From an uncultured Clostridia bacterium (GTDB lineage Bacteria > Bacillota > Clostridia > TANB77 > CAG-508), in NCBI GenBank assembly GCA_947584805.1, contig CANPWU010000003.1, positions 6,556 through 70,555 of the forward strand: a DNA stretch of 64,000 nt, read 5' to 3'. Position numbers and translations under genes: made by a program. Positions 43,235 through 54,321 of this stretch are shown piece after piece (the first letter of the stretch is position 1; the number at the start of each line of letters is the position of its first letter). The notes under the pieces were generated by a model. It made no database searches and had not been told where the DNA came from. It saw only the letters and a program-made list of their open reading frames with translations.

Positions 43235-45236
43235 ATGGATAAAGAATATGCAAAGAAGAGAATTGCAGAATTAAGAAAACAGACACAATATTATGCAGAT
43301 AAGTATTATGATGAAGATAAACCAGAAATATCAGACTTTGAGTATGATATGCTTATGGTAGAACTTAGAAACTTAGAAAATGAATTTCCAGATTTAATAG
43401 ATAAAGATTCTTTAACTCAAAAAGTTGGAGGACATGTAAAAGAAGGTTTTGAAAAGGTAGAGCATGAGGTACCACTTCAAAGCCTTCAAGATGTTTTTTC
43501 AATAGAAGATTTAAGATTATTTGATGAAAGAGTAAGAAAAGATACAGGATTAGAAAAAATAAATTATTCTGTTGAAGCAAAAATAGATGGATTATCAGTT
43601 GCGATAGAATATGTAGACGGAGAACTTGTAAAAGGAGCAACACGCGGAAATGGTCAAATAGGTGAAGATATAACACAAAATGTAAAGACAATAAAAAATG
43701 TTCCACAAAAACTTAAAGAAAAAGTAAATATAATAGTTCGTGGCGAAGTATTTATTTCAAAAGAAGATTTTGAAAAAATGAACGAGGAACAAGAAATTTT
43801 AGAAGAAAAAACTTTTGCTAATGCTAGAAATGCAGCAGCACGGTTCACTTAGACAATTAGATAGTAAAAAGACTGCAAAAAGACCACTTGATATTTATAT
43901 ATTTAATGTACAAAGATTAGAAAATAATCCATATAATTCGCATTATGAGCAACTTTTGTATCTAGAAAGACTTGGTTTTAATGTAGAACCTGTAAAAAAA
44001 CTATGTAAAGGAATAGAAGAAGCAATAAAGGAAGTAGAAAGCATAGGGGAAAGAAGAGAAAGTTTAACATTTGGTACTGATGGAGCAGTTGTTAAAGTAG
44101 ATGACTTAAAATTAAGAGAAGTATTAGGTACTAATTTTAAGACTCCAAAATGGGCAATTGCATATAAATATCCACCAGAAAAAAAGGAAACAATTTTAAA
44201 AGATATAATATGTCAAGTACGGAAGAACTGGAGCAATAACGCCAATGGCAATATTAGAACCAGTTAAACTTGCAGGATCAACAATTTCTAAAACGACGCT
44301 TCATAATGAGGATTTTATAAAAGAAAAAGATTTAAAAATTGGAGACCATGTAATAATTCAAAAAGCTGGAGATGTTATACCTGAAGTAGTACAAGCTATT
44401 AAAGAAAAAAGAACAGGTAATGAAAAAGAGTTTGTAATGCCAGATACTTGCCCTGTATGTGGTGCACCTGCTGTAAGAGAAAAAAATGAAGCAATAAAAA
44501 GATGCATAGGGATTGAGTGCCCTGCAAGAAATTTAAGAAATATTGTGCACTTTTCATCAAAAGCTGGAATGGATATAATAGGACTTCGGTTATGCTATTA
44601 TTGAGCAATTAATTGATAAAAAATTATTAAATGGAATAGAAGACATATATTATTTAAAAAAAGAAGACATTGCATCTCTTAAAAAAAGTGGAGATAAATT
44701 TGCAACTAATTTAATAAATGCAATAAATGATAGTAAAAATAACAATCTAGATAAATTAATTAGTGCACTTGGAATAAGACATGTTGGAACAAAAGCTGCA
44801 AAAGTTCTTGCTAAAACTTATGGAAGTATGGAAAAATTAATGAAGGCTGATATAATTAATTTAAGCCTAATAGATGACATTGGAGAAATTACTGCAAAGA
44901 GTGTTCATGAATTTTTTGAGCAAGAACAAACAATACAGTTAATTCAGAAATTAAAAGATGCTGGAGTAAATATGAAGAACATTGAAGAACAGAGTAAAGA
45001 GGGAGATGGTAGATTCCAAGGTATGACATTTGTTCTAACAGGTGCTCTTGAAAAATATACAAGAGATGAAGCATCTGAGATTATCGAAAAATTTGGAGGA
45101 AAAACTTCTGGATCTGTTTCTAAGAAAACAAGCTATGTATTAGCACGGAGAAGAAGCTGGAAGTAAACTTACAAAAGCAGAAGAACTTGGAGTTAAGATA
45201 ATTAGCGAAGAAGAATTTGAAAAGATGATAAATTAA
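43235..45236 (+). CDS. ligA: NAD-dependent DNA ligase. Needs four +1 shifts at CGG 43841, 44220, 44587 and 45146.
   Basis: ORFs 43217..43852, 43815..44267, 44245..44604 and 44828..45166 plus a tail. The active site is KIDGLS. The joins are [87 protein letters not shown]. Confidence 0.9.
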
Positions 45237-45249
45237 GGGAGGAAAATAT

Positions 45250-45489
45250 TTGGAAAACTATACTTTTGATGAATTTGAAGAAATTTTAAATAAAGGTTAT
45301 CAAGTTTACTTTACTTATTTAAAAAATAGATATATGATATTTAAAACTACTGAAAATTGCTATACACAAAAGCTTATACATGTTGGTCAAAAGAATCCTC
45401 CTGCCAAAATGGCAATGGTTACAAAGAAATATTTAATGGAAATATATCCGTTTATGGAAGATATGGAATATAAATATATAGAGCAATAA
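45250..45489 (+). CDS. Hypothetical small protein
   Basis: Intact 79-aa ORF (TTG start). I recognise no family. Confidence 0.3.
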   Translation: MENYTFDEFEEILNKGYQVYFTYLKNRYMIFKTTENCYTQKLIHVGQKNPPAKMAMVTKKYLMEIYPFMEDMEYKYIEQ

Positions 45490-45531
45490 TATAATAGTAT
45501 ATATCAATTTAAAGGAGAGAACTTTAAATAT

Positions 45532-46083
45532 ATGAGTATACTAGAAATTTTGATTATCGGAATAGGTCTTGCAATGGATGCCTTTGCTGTTGCAATTTGC
45601 AAAGGCTTATCTATGAAAAAATTAGATTTAAAAAAAGCTTTAATTATAGGTTTATATTTTGGAATATTCCAAGCGTTGATGCCAGGGCTTGGATTTTTAT
45701 TGGGTAAAAGCTTTGAGAGTTTTGTAACTGCAATTGATCATTGGATAGCTTTTGCACTTTTATTATTTATTGGCATCGATATGATAAAAGAAGTATTTAA
45801 CAAAGAGCAAGAAGCAGATGATGATGTAAGCTTTAAAGCAATGAGTATTTTAGCAATTGCAACAAGTATAGATGCATTAGCAGTTGGAATTACTTTTGCA
45901 TTCTTAAAAGTAAATATAATAGAGGCAACACTAATAATTGGGATTATAACATTTTTAATTTCAATATTAGGTGTGATAATTGGAAATAAATTTGGAAGTA
46001 AGTATGAGAAAAAAGCAAAATTTTTAGGAGGAGCAATACTTATAATCATGGGAATAAAAATTTTGATAGAGCATTTATTTTAA
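45532..46083 (+). CDS. mntP: Manganese efflux pump MntP
   Basis: GLAMDAFAVAICKGL ... TSIDALAVGITFAF (duplicated DUF204 halves), intact. Confidence 0.8.
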   Translation: MSILEILIIGIGLAMDAFAVAICKGLSMKKLDLKKALIIGLYFGIFQALMPGLGFLLGKSFESFVTAIDHWIAFALLLFIGIDMIKEVFNKEQEADDDVSFKAMSILAIATSIDALAVGITFAFLKVNIIEATLIIGIITFLISILGVIIGNKFGSKYEKKAKFLGGAILIIMGIKILIEHLF

Positions 46084-46093
46084 GAAAATTCAC

Positions 46094-46122
46094 TTGACAA
46101 TTACAAACCTTCGTTCTATAAT
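46094..46122 (+). promoter_or_regulatory. dinB promoter with an embedded LexA box
   Basis: ttgaca (46094-46099), a 17-nt spacer and tataat (46117-46122). The spacer contains aaaccttcgttc (46105-46116), the reverse complement of GAAC-GAAG-GTTT, an SOS-box half-site pattern. Confidence 0.55.
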
Positions 46123-46145
46123 ATTATAGGTGGTGATGATTGCAA

Positions 46146-47364
46146 ATGGAAAGACAAATATTGCATATAGATGTTAACAATGCTTTCCTAAGCTGGACAG
46201 CGGTCGAAATGCTTAAGGCGGGAGAAACATTAGATATAAGAACAATTCCAGCAATCATCGGAGGGGACGAAACAAGAAGAGCAGGTATTGTGCTTGCAAA
46301 AAGCATGCTGGCTAAAAAATACGGAATAAAAACAGGAGAAACGATATATTCAGCAAAGAAAAAATGCCCTAATTTAAAAGTATATCGAGGATGCGAATAC
46401 AGAGTCTATAGAGAATATTCCAATAAGTTATATAATATGCTTTTGGAATATACAGATAAAATTGAAAGATTTAGCATAGATGAATGCTTTTTAGATATGA
46501 CAGAATATCTTGCAGGTAGTACTCTTCTTGATAAGGCAAAAGAAATAAGTAAAAGAGTAAAAGAAGAATTTGGATTTACAGTAAATATAGGAGTAGCACA
46601 TAACAAATTACTCGCAAAAATGGCATCAGACTTTGAAAAACCAGATAAAATACATACTTTATTTGAAAATGAAATTGAAAATAAAATGTGGACTCTTCCA
46701 ATTTCAGAATTATTTATGATAGGAAGAAAAACTGTGCCAAAGCTAAATCAAATGGGAATAAAAACAATAGGAGATCTAGCAAAAGCTGATAAAAAAGATA
46801 TAATAAAAAAATTTGGAAAACATGGAAGTTTAATATGGGAATATGCTAATCGGAATTGATGAATCAGAAGTTGTGTATATTCATGAAAAACCAAAAAGCA
46901 TAGGAAATTCTGTTACTCTTCCACAAGATATAAGAGAAAAACAAAAACTTGAAGAAATAGTACTAGCTCTTACAGAACAAGTGACATATAGACTAAGAAA
47001 AAATGAACTTTTAACAAGTACAGTTAATGTTCAACTTAGAACGAGTGATTTTAAAGATTTTTCTCATCAAAAGAAATTAAATAGCCTTTTATCAAATACC
47101 AAAGAAATATATACATGTGCAAAAGAGCTATTAGATGAGATGTTTAAGCCTGGAATGGCAATCAGATTAGTAGGAGTTAGAGTAGATAATTTAACAGAAA
47201 AAAATGAAAAACAGTTATCATTATTTGACACAAAATCAAGTGAAAAGCAAGATAAATTAGATAATACAATAGATAAATTAAAAGATAAATATGGATATGA
47301 CTTTATAACAAGAGCAGGAAATTTAAATGTAGATGATATAGTAAAAATAAGGGGAAAAGAATAA
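46146..47364 (+). CDS. dinB: DNA polymerase IV (Y-family). One +1 shift at CGG 46851-46853.
   Basis: ORFs 46140..46859 and 46843..47364. ILHIDVNNAFLS and SIDECFLD are present. aat-(c)gga gives WEYAN-G-IDESEVVYIHEKPKSIGNSVTLP. Confidence 0.85.
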
Positions 47365-47380
47365 ATTAAGGAGGTAAATT

Positions 47381-49117
47381 ATGATAAAGACACTTGCAAG
47401 ATATCTTAAAGAGTACAAAAAATATGCAATACTTTCTCCAATTTTCGTAGCATTAGAATCGATAATGGAGGTAATAATTCCATTTTTTATGGCTTATTTA
47501 ATCGATAATGGAATTAATAAAAATGATATAAACGAGATATGGAAAATAGGTGGAATATTAGTTGTATTTACAATTTTGTCAGTTATTTTTGGAATATTAT
47601 CAGGCAGGTATGCATCTAAAGCCTCAACAGGCTTTGCAAGAAATTTAAGAAAAGGTATGTATTATAACGTACAAAACTTTTCATTTTCAAATATAGATAA
47701 ATTTCAGACAGCTAGTATAATAACGAGACAGACAACTGATGTTACAAATGTTCAAATGGCATTTCAGATGTTAATACGTATTGCAATAAAAACACCTGTA
47801 ATGCTAATTTCTGCTCTTATCTTATCTTTTGCAATAAATAAAGAGCTATCTTTAATATTTTTATTTGTAATGCCATTTTTAGCAACAGGCTTATATTTTA
47901 TTGCAACAAAGGCACATCCAATATTTGAGAAAACATTCAAAATATACGATAAATTAAATGAAAATGTACAAGAGAATGTTAGAGGAATAAGAGTTGTAAA
48001 ATCTTTTGTTACAGAAGATAAAGAAATAGAAAAATTTGAAAATACTTCTAGAGATATATTAGAAAGTTTTTCAAAAGCTGAAAGATTAGTTGCATTAAAT
48101 CAACCACTTATGCAAATTTGTGTAAATACAGTTATAATACTTCTTGCATGGTTTGGAGGAAGATATATAATAAGCGAAACATTAACTACGGGAGAACTTA
48201 CAAGCTTAATCTCATATGCTATGCAAATACTTATGTCTCTTATGATGCTTTCTATGGTTCTTGTTATGATATTAATTTCTAGAGCTTCTGCAGAAAGAAT
48301 TGTAGAGATATTAAAAGAAGAAAGTGATATAACAAACAAAGAAAATCCAATAACAGAAGTTAAAAATGGAGATATTTCATTTGAAAATGTAAGCTTTAGT
48401 TATACTAAAGATAAAGAAAAACTTTGCTTAAAAGATATAAATGTAGATATTAAATCAGGAGAAACAATTGGAATAATTGGAGGAACAGGAAGTTCAAAAA
48501 CTACTTTTGTACAATTAATACCAAGATTATATGATGCAACAATTGGAAAAGTAAAAGTAGGAGATGTAGATGTAAGAGATTATGATTTAAAAGCTCTTAG
48601 AAATCAAGTTGCAATGGTTTTACAGAAAAATGAATTATTTTCAGGAACAATAAAAGAAAATTTGCGTTGGGGAGATGAAAATGCAACAGATGAAGAATTA
48701 GTAAGAGCATGCAAGCTTGCACAGGCACATGATTTTATTGAGAGCTTTCCAGATGGATATGATACATACATAGAACAAGGAGGAACTAACGTATCAGGAG
48801 GCCAAAAGCAAAGATTATGTATTGCAAGAGCATTGCTTAAAAAACCTAAAATATTAATTTTAGACGATTCTACATCAGCAGTTGATACTAAAACAGATAG
48901 TCTAATTAGAAAAGCATTTAAAGAAGAAATACCAAATACAACTAAAATAATAATTGCACAAAGAATTTCTTCTGTTCAAGATGCTGATAAAATAATTGTA
49001 TTGGACGGCGGTAAAGTGAATGGAATAGGTACACATGAAGAATTACTAGAGAAAAATGAAATTTACAAGGATGTATACTATTCACAGGTGAAGGGAGGAA
49101 ACGAAGATGAAAAATAA
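47381..49117 (+). CDS. ABC exporter, fused permease/ATPase (ABCB-type heterodimer subunit 1)
   Basis: Intact 578-aa ORF with GGTGSSKTT, VSGGQKQRLCIARAL and ILILDDSTSAVD. It has no in-frame CGG. Confidence 0.85.
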   Translation: MIKTLARYLKEYKKYAILSPIFVALESIMEVIIPFFMAYLIDNGINKNDINEIWKIGGILVVFTILSVIFGILSGRYASKASTGFARNLRKGMYYNVQNFSFSNIDKFQTASIITRQTTDVTNVQMAFQMLIRIAIKTPVMLISALILSFAINKELSLIFLFVMPFLATGLYFIATKAHPIFEKTFKIYDKLNENVQENVRGIRVVKSFVTEDKEIEKFENTSRDILESFSKAERLVALNQPLMQICVNTVIILLAWFGGRYIISETLTTGELTSLISYAMQILMSLMMLSMVLVMILISRASAERIVEILKEESDITNKENPITEVKNGDISFENVSFSYTKDKEKLCLKDINVDIKSGETIGIIGGTGSSKTTFVQLIPRLYDATIGKVKVGDVDVRDYDLKALRNQVAMVLQKNELFSGTIKENLRWGDENATDEELVRACKLAQAHDFIESFPDGYDTYIEQGGTNVSGGQKQRLCIARALLKKPKILILDDSTSAVDTKTDSLIRKAFKEEIPNTTKIIIAQRISSVQDADKIIVLDGGKVNGIGTHEELLEKNEIYKDVYYSQVKGGNEDEK

Positions 49118-50997
49118 CGAAAATAAAGCTCCTAGACCTAAATTTGATAAAGGAACAATAAAAAGACTTTTTAATTATGTAAAACAAGGAAACAAATTAA
49201 GACTTTTAATTGTTGCAATTTGTATAGTAGTAAATACTATCGCAACAGTTGCAGGTTCATTGTATTTGCAAACCTTGATAGATAAATATATCGTACCATT
49301 AATTGGAACTACTAATCCAAATTACATGACATTAATTACACCAGTAACTGTAATGATAGGAATATATACAGTTCGGAGTTATAACAATATTTTTCTACAC
49401 AAGATTTATGGTAAAAATATCACAAGGAACATTGAAGACTATTCGTGATGAAATGTTTGAAAAAATGCAAAGATTACCAATTAAATATTTTGATACACAT
49501 ACACATGGAGATATCATGAGCCATTATACAAATGATACTGATGCATTAGAGCAAATGATAGCTCAAAGCTTACCACAACTTCTTGCATCTTTCATTACAA
49601 TAATAACAGTATTTGTTGCAATGATTGCATCAAATTGGATGTTAACTTTAGTTGTAATTTTTATTCTTATTTTTATGTTGATTACTACAAAGGTTATTGC
49701 TGGGAAAAGTGGAAAATACTTTATGGCACAACAAAAAGCAGTAGGAAAAGTAAATCGGATATATTGAGGAAATGATAAATGGCCAAAAAGTTGTAAAGGT
49801 ATTTTGTCATGAAGAAAAAGCAAAGGAAGGGTTTGACAAAATTAATGATGAATTATTAGAACATTCATATAAAGCACATAAATTTGCTAATATATTGATG
49901 CCAATATTAGTTGCACTTGGAAATTTACAATATGTACTTATCGCAATTGTTGGTGGAGTCATGATGACAAATGGAATTAGTAATTTATCAATAGGACTTA
50001 TTGTATCATTCTTGCAACTTAGCAAAATTTTCTCAAGACCAATAGGACAAATATCACAACAGTTAAATTCAATTGTTATGGCACTTGCAGGAGCAAATAG
50101 AATATTCATATTAATGGATGAAGAACCAGAAAAAGATGATGGATATGTAACTCTTGTAAATGCAAAATATGTAGATGGAGTACTTACAGAAACTGAAGAA
50201 AGAACTGGAACTTGGGCTTGGAAACATCCACACCATGACGGAAGATTAGAATATGTAGAAGTAAAAGGTAATATTGAGATGCATGATGTAGACTTTGCAT
50301 ATGAAGAGGGAAAAACTGTATTACATGATATTACTCTTTATGCAAAACCTCGGTCAAAAAATTGCATTTGTTGGCGCAACAGGTGCAGGAAAGACAACAA
50401 TAACAAATCTTTTAAATCGTTTCTATGATATAGAAGATCGGAAAGATAAGATATGACGGAATAAATATAAATAAAATTAAAAAAGATGATTTAAGACGTT
50501 CACTTGGAATGGTACTTCAAGACACAAATTTATTCACAGGCACAATAAAAGATAATATTAAATACGGAAAAGAAGATGCAACAGATGAAGAAGTAATTCA
50601 AGCTGCAAAACTTGCAAATGCTCATAATTTTATAGAAAGATTACCAAACGGCTATGATACTTTCTTAAGCGGAGATGGAGCAAGTTTATCACAAGGACAA
50701 AGACAACTTTTAGCAATAGCAAGAGCAGCGATAAACGATCCGCCTGTTATGATATTGGATGAAGCAACTTCTAGTATTGATACAAGAACAGAAAAAATCG
50801 TACAAGATGGAATGGATAAGTTAATGGAAGGAAGAACTGTATTTGTAATAGCTCATAGATTATCAACAGTTAGAAATGCAAAAGCAATTATGGTTTTAGA
50901 TCACGGAAAAATAATTGAAAGAGGAGAACACGATGAATTGATTGCACAAAAAGGAACATATTATCAATTATATACAGGTGCGTTTGAATTGGAGTAG
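49107..50997 (+). CDS. ABC exporter, fused permease/ATPase (heterodimer subunit 2). Needs four +1 shifts at CGG 49374, 49756, 50351 and 50439.
   Basis: ORFs 49107..49448, 49408..49767, 49772..50428 and 50509..50997. The joins are [83 protein letters not shown] (Walker A region). Confidence 0.85.
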
Positions 50998-51052
50998 GAA
51001 GATTAGATAAATTACTATATAATGTGGTTATAAAGCAAGTTTTAAGCCTACA

Positions 51053-51189
51053 TTTGGAAGTAATATATTTAATTTGACTCGTTCCTTGTTGGTCGTCTCG
51101 TAGAGGACTGTAAGAAACTTCGTTTCAACAGCCTCTACCTCGCTTCCATGCTACGCGTCACTTCGTAAATTAAATATATTACTTCCAAA
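51053..51189. other. GC-rich structured core (91 nt) held in a perfect 23-bp AT-rich inverted repeat. Candidate ncRNA or MITE-like element.
   Basis: tttggaagtaatatatttaattt (51053-51075) is the exact reverse complement of aaattaaatatattacttccaaa (51167-51189). The core holds a long hairpin gtagagg-a-ctgt ... acag-cctctac. Confidence 0.5.
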
Positions 51190-51241
51190 CGGTTTGAGTA
51201 CTGCTTTTAAATTAAACACACTTTATTTACAAATTTTGTAC

Positions 51242-51272
51242 TTGACAGAAATATAGTTTATATGCTAAAATA
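51242..51272 (+). promoter_or_regulatory. Promoter of the tRNA pair
   Basis: -35 ttgaca (51242-51247), an ~18-nt spacer and an extended -10 tg-c-taaaat. Confidence 0.5.
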
Positions 51273-51284
51273 TATATGTTTTGA

Positions 51285-51359
51285 GGCCCCTTGGTCAAGC
51301 GGTTAAGACGCCACCCTCTCAAGGTGGAATCATGGGTTCGATTCCCGTAGGGGTCACCA
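51285..51359 (+). tRNA. tRNA-Glu (anticodon CUC), CCA encoded
   Basis: The cloverleaf was read by hand. The acceptor is ggcccct/aggggtc. The anticodon stem is ccacc/ggtgg with a 7-nt loop cuCUCaa. The T-arm is gggttcgattccc. Confidence 0.8.
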
Positions 51360-51374
51360 AAAAAATAAATATAT

Positions 51375-51449
51375 TGGGCCGTAGCCAAGTGGTAAGGCAG
51401 TAGACTTTGACTCTACCATGCGCTAGTTCGAATCTAGCCGGCCCAGCCA
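51375..51449 (+). tRNA. tRNA-Gln (anticodon UUG), CCA encoded
   Basis: The acceptor is tgggccg/cggccca. The anticodon stem is gtaga/tctac with a 7-nt loop cuUUGac. The T-arm is ctagttcgaatctag. Confidence 0.8.
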
Positions 51450-51481
51450 TAAATGTAAAAGTGTAATATTATGAAAAATGA

Positions 51482-51520
51482 AAAAGAAACTTAGTAGAAA
51501 TATTAAGTTTCTTTTTTATA
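51482..51520 (+). terminator. Intrinsic terminator after the tRNA genes
   Basis: aagaaactta / taagtttctt followed by ttttt. Confidence 0.65.
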
Positions 51521-51666
51521 AGGATATAAGAAAAAATATGTAATATTACAAAAATATTACATATATATTAAATCTTGTCGAAATACATTAAAATGTAAAT
51601 ATAATATGTTATAATTATAAACAATTACACAAGTGATTAAGAATATATAAGATAGGGGAAAATGTT

Positions 51667-53426
51667 ATGAAAAAATTTTTAAAGGTTGTATTATTAATAT
51701 TATTTTTAAGCTTTATAGTTTTATTTCTTTGTCAAACAGAAGCTAAGGCAGCAACATTAAAAAAAATAACTACAATGGAGGAATTAAAAACAGCTTTTGG
51801 AGAAACAGCTACTATTAATGGAAATATTCTTATGTTAAATGAAAATGTTACAATAACAGATGAAATGATAATAAATATTAACAACCAAGAAATAGTAATT
51901 GATTTTAATGGAAAAACTTTAAAAAGTGAAATGCTAACAATTCAAAGCAAAGTTACTTTTAAAGATACTTTGGGTGGTGGAGGAATGCATTTTCAGAAAA
52001 TGTATGGTGGTGTTATGGTAGAAAAAAATGCTGAACTTATAATTGATAATGGTAAATTCGAAGATAGTGGAGTTAATTATATGTTTATTATAAAAGGCAA
52101 ACTTGTAATAAATGATGGCGATTTTATTTCTACTGAAAATAACCCAGATGATCACTATAGAGCAATGATAGAATTATACAGAGAATCCGAAACCACAATA
52201 AATGGTGGGAACTTTGTTGATACAGATAACATTATAAGTAGTAATATGGGAAATTATAAATTAACTATTAATGGAGGAAATTTTAAGGGAACAGGAGAAC
52301 ATGCACCAATCGAACTTTCTGCAGTATACCCATATCTTGTTAAAGATGATGTCGAATCATCTGTTTTGCCTACCGTTGTTTTTAATGATTGCAATGTAGA
52401 AGGAAAGAAAGTAGCAGTGTTTATTACGAGTGGAACATCGGATGAAAAATTATTTAATAAGAGTGATAAGTCTATAATATTTAATGGTGGAACATATAAA
52501 TGTGTAGAACGGTGGATTTGCTGTTGAAATAGCTTCAAATTTATATGGATATGGATATTTTAATCCAAGTGAGATTGAGATAAATAATGGAACTTTTGAA
52601 TCATTATCAGAATATGGACGGTGCAATGCGATTAGCTATTTATGATGGAAAATTTTATATGCTTGGAGATGTTTTGCTAAATGGTTATAAAGGTGAAATA
52701 TATGGACATACAGAAAGTGGAAAATCTCAATCTTCGTATACAATGAGAAAAGTAGTGGTAGAAAATAAAAAAGTTATATTAGCCACTGGGAAAATATCAA
52801 TTTTTCATGTAATAGCTGTTTTAGGCGATTCTGAAAATACTAATGCAGAAACGATTATAAAAGAAGATTCTAATACAAACATAAAGCTTGAAGCATCTAG
52901 TGATATAATACCAGATAATACAACAATTGAGGTGGCAGAAATAACATCAGGCGAAACATTTAACAAACTAAAAGACACTTTAGTAGGAATTAAAGATTTT
53001 AAAGTATTTGATATAACATTAAAATCCGATGGCGCAAATATACAGCCAAACGGAAATGTAAAAATAAGTATTCCAATTCCAGAAGGTTTTGACGCTTCAA
53101 GGTTAGTAATATATAGATTTGAAGAAGATGGTAGTAAAACAGAATATCAAGTAAAAGTCGAAAATGGTTATACTACTTTCGAAACAGATCATTTTTCTAC
53201 ATATGTATTAGGTGAAATAGCAAAAATATCTAATGAAACTCAGGATAAAACAGACCAAAATTTAGGAGAAACAACAACAGGGAAAAATAATGATCAATTA
53301 CCACAAACAGGAGAAGAAACTAATCCATTTGTTAGTTGGTTATCAGCAGTAACTGCTCTTGCAATTTTATGGCTTGGTTCTATGGTAATAATTGATCACG
53401 AAAAGAAAAAGATTGCAAAAAAATAA
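51667..53426 (+). CDS. LPXTG-anchored surface protein (LPQTG). Two +1 shifts at CGG 52510 and 52619.
   Basis: ORFs 51667..52527 and 52587..53426. The joins are KCVE-G-GFAVEIASNLYGYGYFNPSEIEINNGTFESLSEYG-G-AMRLAIYDG. It has a signal peptide and a C-terminal LPQTGEE, hydrophobic segment and KKKIAKK. Confidence 0.7.
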
Positions 53427-53452
53427 ATCAATAAATTAGAAAAAAGGGAGCA

Positions 53453-54122
53453 ATGGTAATGGATAAAGATAAAAAAATGATTTATTTTTTGATTTCCTTA
53501 ATAATCCTCTTATCTATAATCTTGCTTATAAAAATTAAAACAATGCCAAATTATGATCCTAAAATATATAATGAAATATACGATGAATATGAAGATATTT
53601 TTGGAGAAAATAATAATGAACAATATGATAGGGATAGTATGCAAAATATAAAAGAAAAAAGTAGTATTGCAGAAAAACCTAGTAATTCTACGACAGTTGT
53701 AGGATTATCACTACAAAACAATACAGAAAAAGGTAATGTGATTGGAAAAATAAGTATTCCTAAAATAGGTATAAATTATCCAATTATAAAAGTAACAACA
53801 ACAGAATATCTAAAAATTGCACCAACAAAATATTGTGGGCCAGAAGTAAATGAAATACGGAAATTTAGTTATAGTAGGTCATAATTATAAAAATGGACAA
53901 TTTTTCGGAAATTTAAAAAAAATAGAGAAAGAAGATGATGTATTTCTTATTTCAAGTAAGGGTAGTGCTAAAATGTATAAAGTATACGATAAGTACTTAG
54001 TAGATGAAAAAGATATGAGATGCACAGACCAAGAAACAAATGGCAAAATTGAATTAACATTAATTACTTGTGATAAGGATAGTACCAAAAGATTAGTGGT
54101 AAAATGTAGAGTAGAGGATTAA
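53453..54122 (+). CDS. Sortase. One +1 shift at CGG 53858-53860.
   Basis: ORFs 53453..53884 and 53850..54122. ata-(c)gga gives GPEVNEI-G-NLVIVGHNYKNGQFF...LITC. This is the same position as site 12804 in the paralog. Confidence 0.75.
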
Positions 54123-54321
54123 TAATATTCTTTTACGTTTTATTACTATTTTCAACAAGGACCGCTCAGCCCCAAAGAGTTCCCATTTGATTTTTTTAAA
54201 TCGTAAGAATTTACATAAAGGTATTGAAATTTACATAATAATGTGATATTATATTTAAGTAATTTTGGCAAATGCCAGTGTTAAAATAAACCTATAAAAT
54301 TTATATTTTAGGAGGAAAAAA

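Noticed and set aside
45490-45531. yybP-ykoY manganese riboswitch upstream of mntP
   Set aside because: The intergenic gap is only about 40 nt and contains just an RBS.
51538-51566. AT-rich palindrome tatgtaatatt-acaaa-aatattacata upstream of the LPXTG gene as an operator
   Set aside because: Perfect AT-rich palindromes of this size arise easily in DNA with about 28% GC. There is no second copy or associated regulator in the window.
54150-54190. Short GC-richer patch (caacaaggaccgctcagccccaaagagttccc) as a third copy of the GC-rich island family
   Set aside because: It shares only a 9-nt match (caacaagga) with the 51053-51189 element. It has no flanking inverted repeat and no convincing hairpin. 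This is too weak to call.
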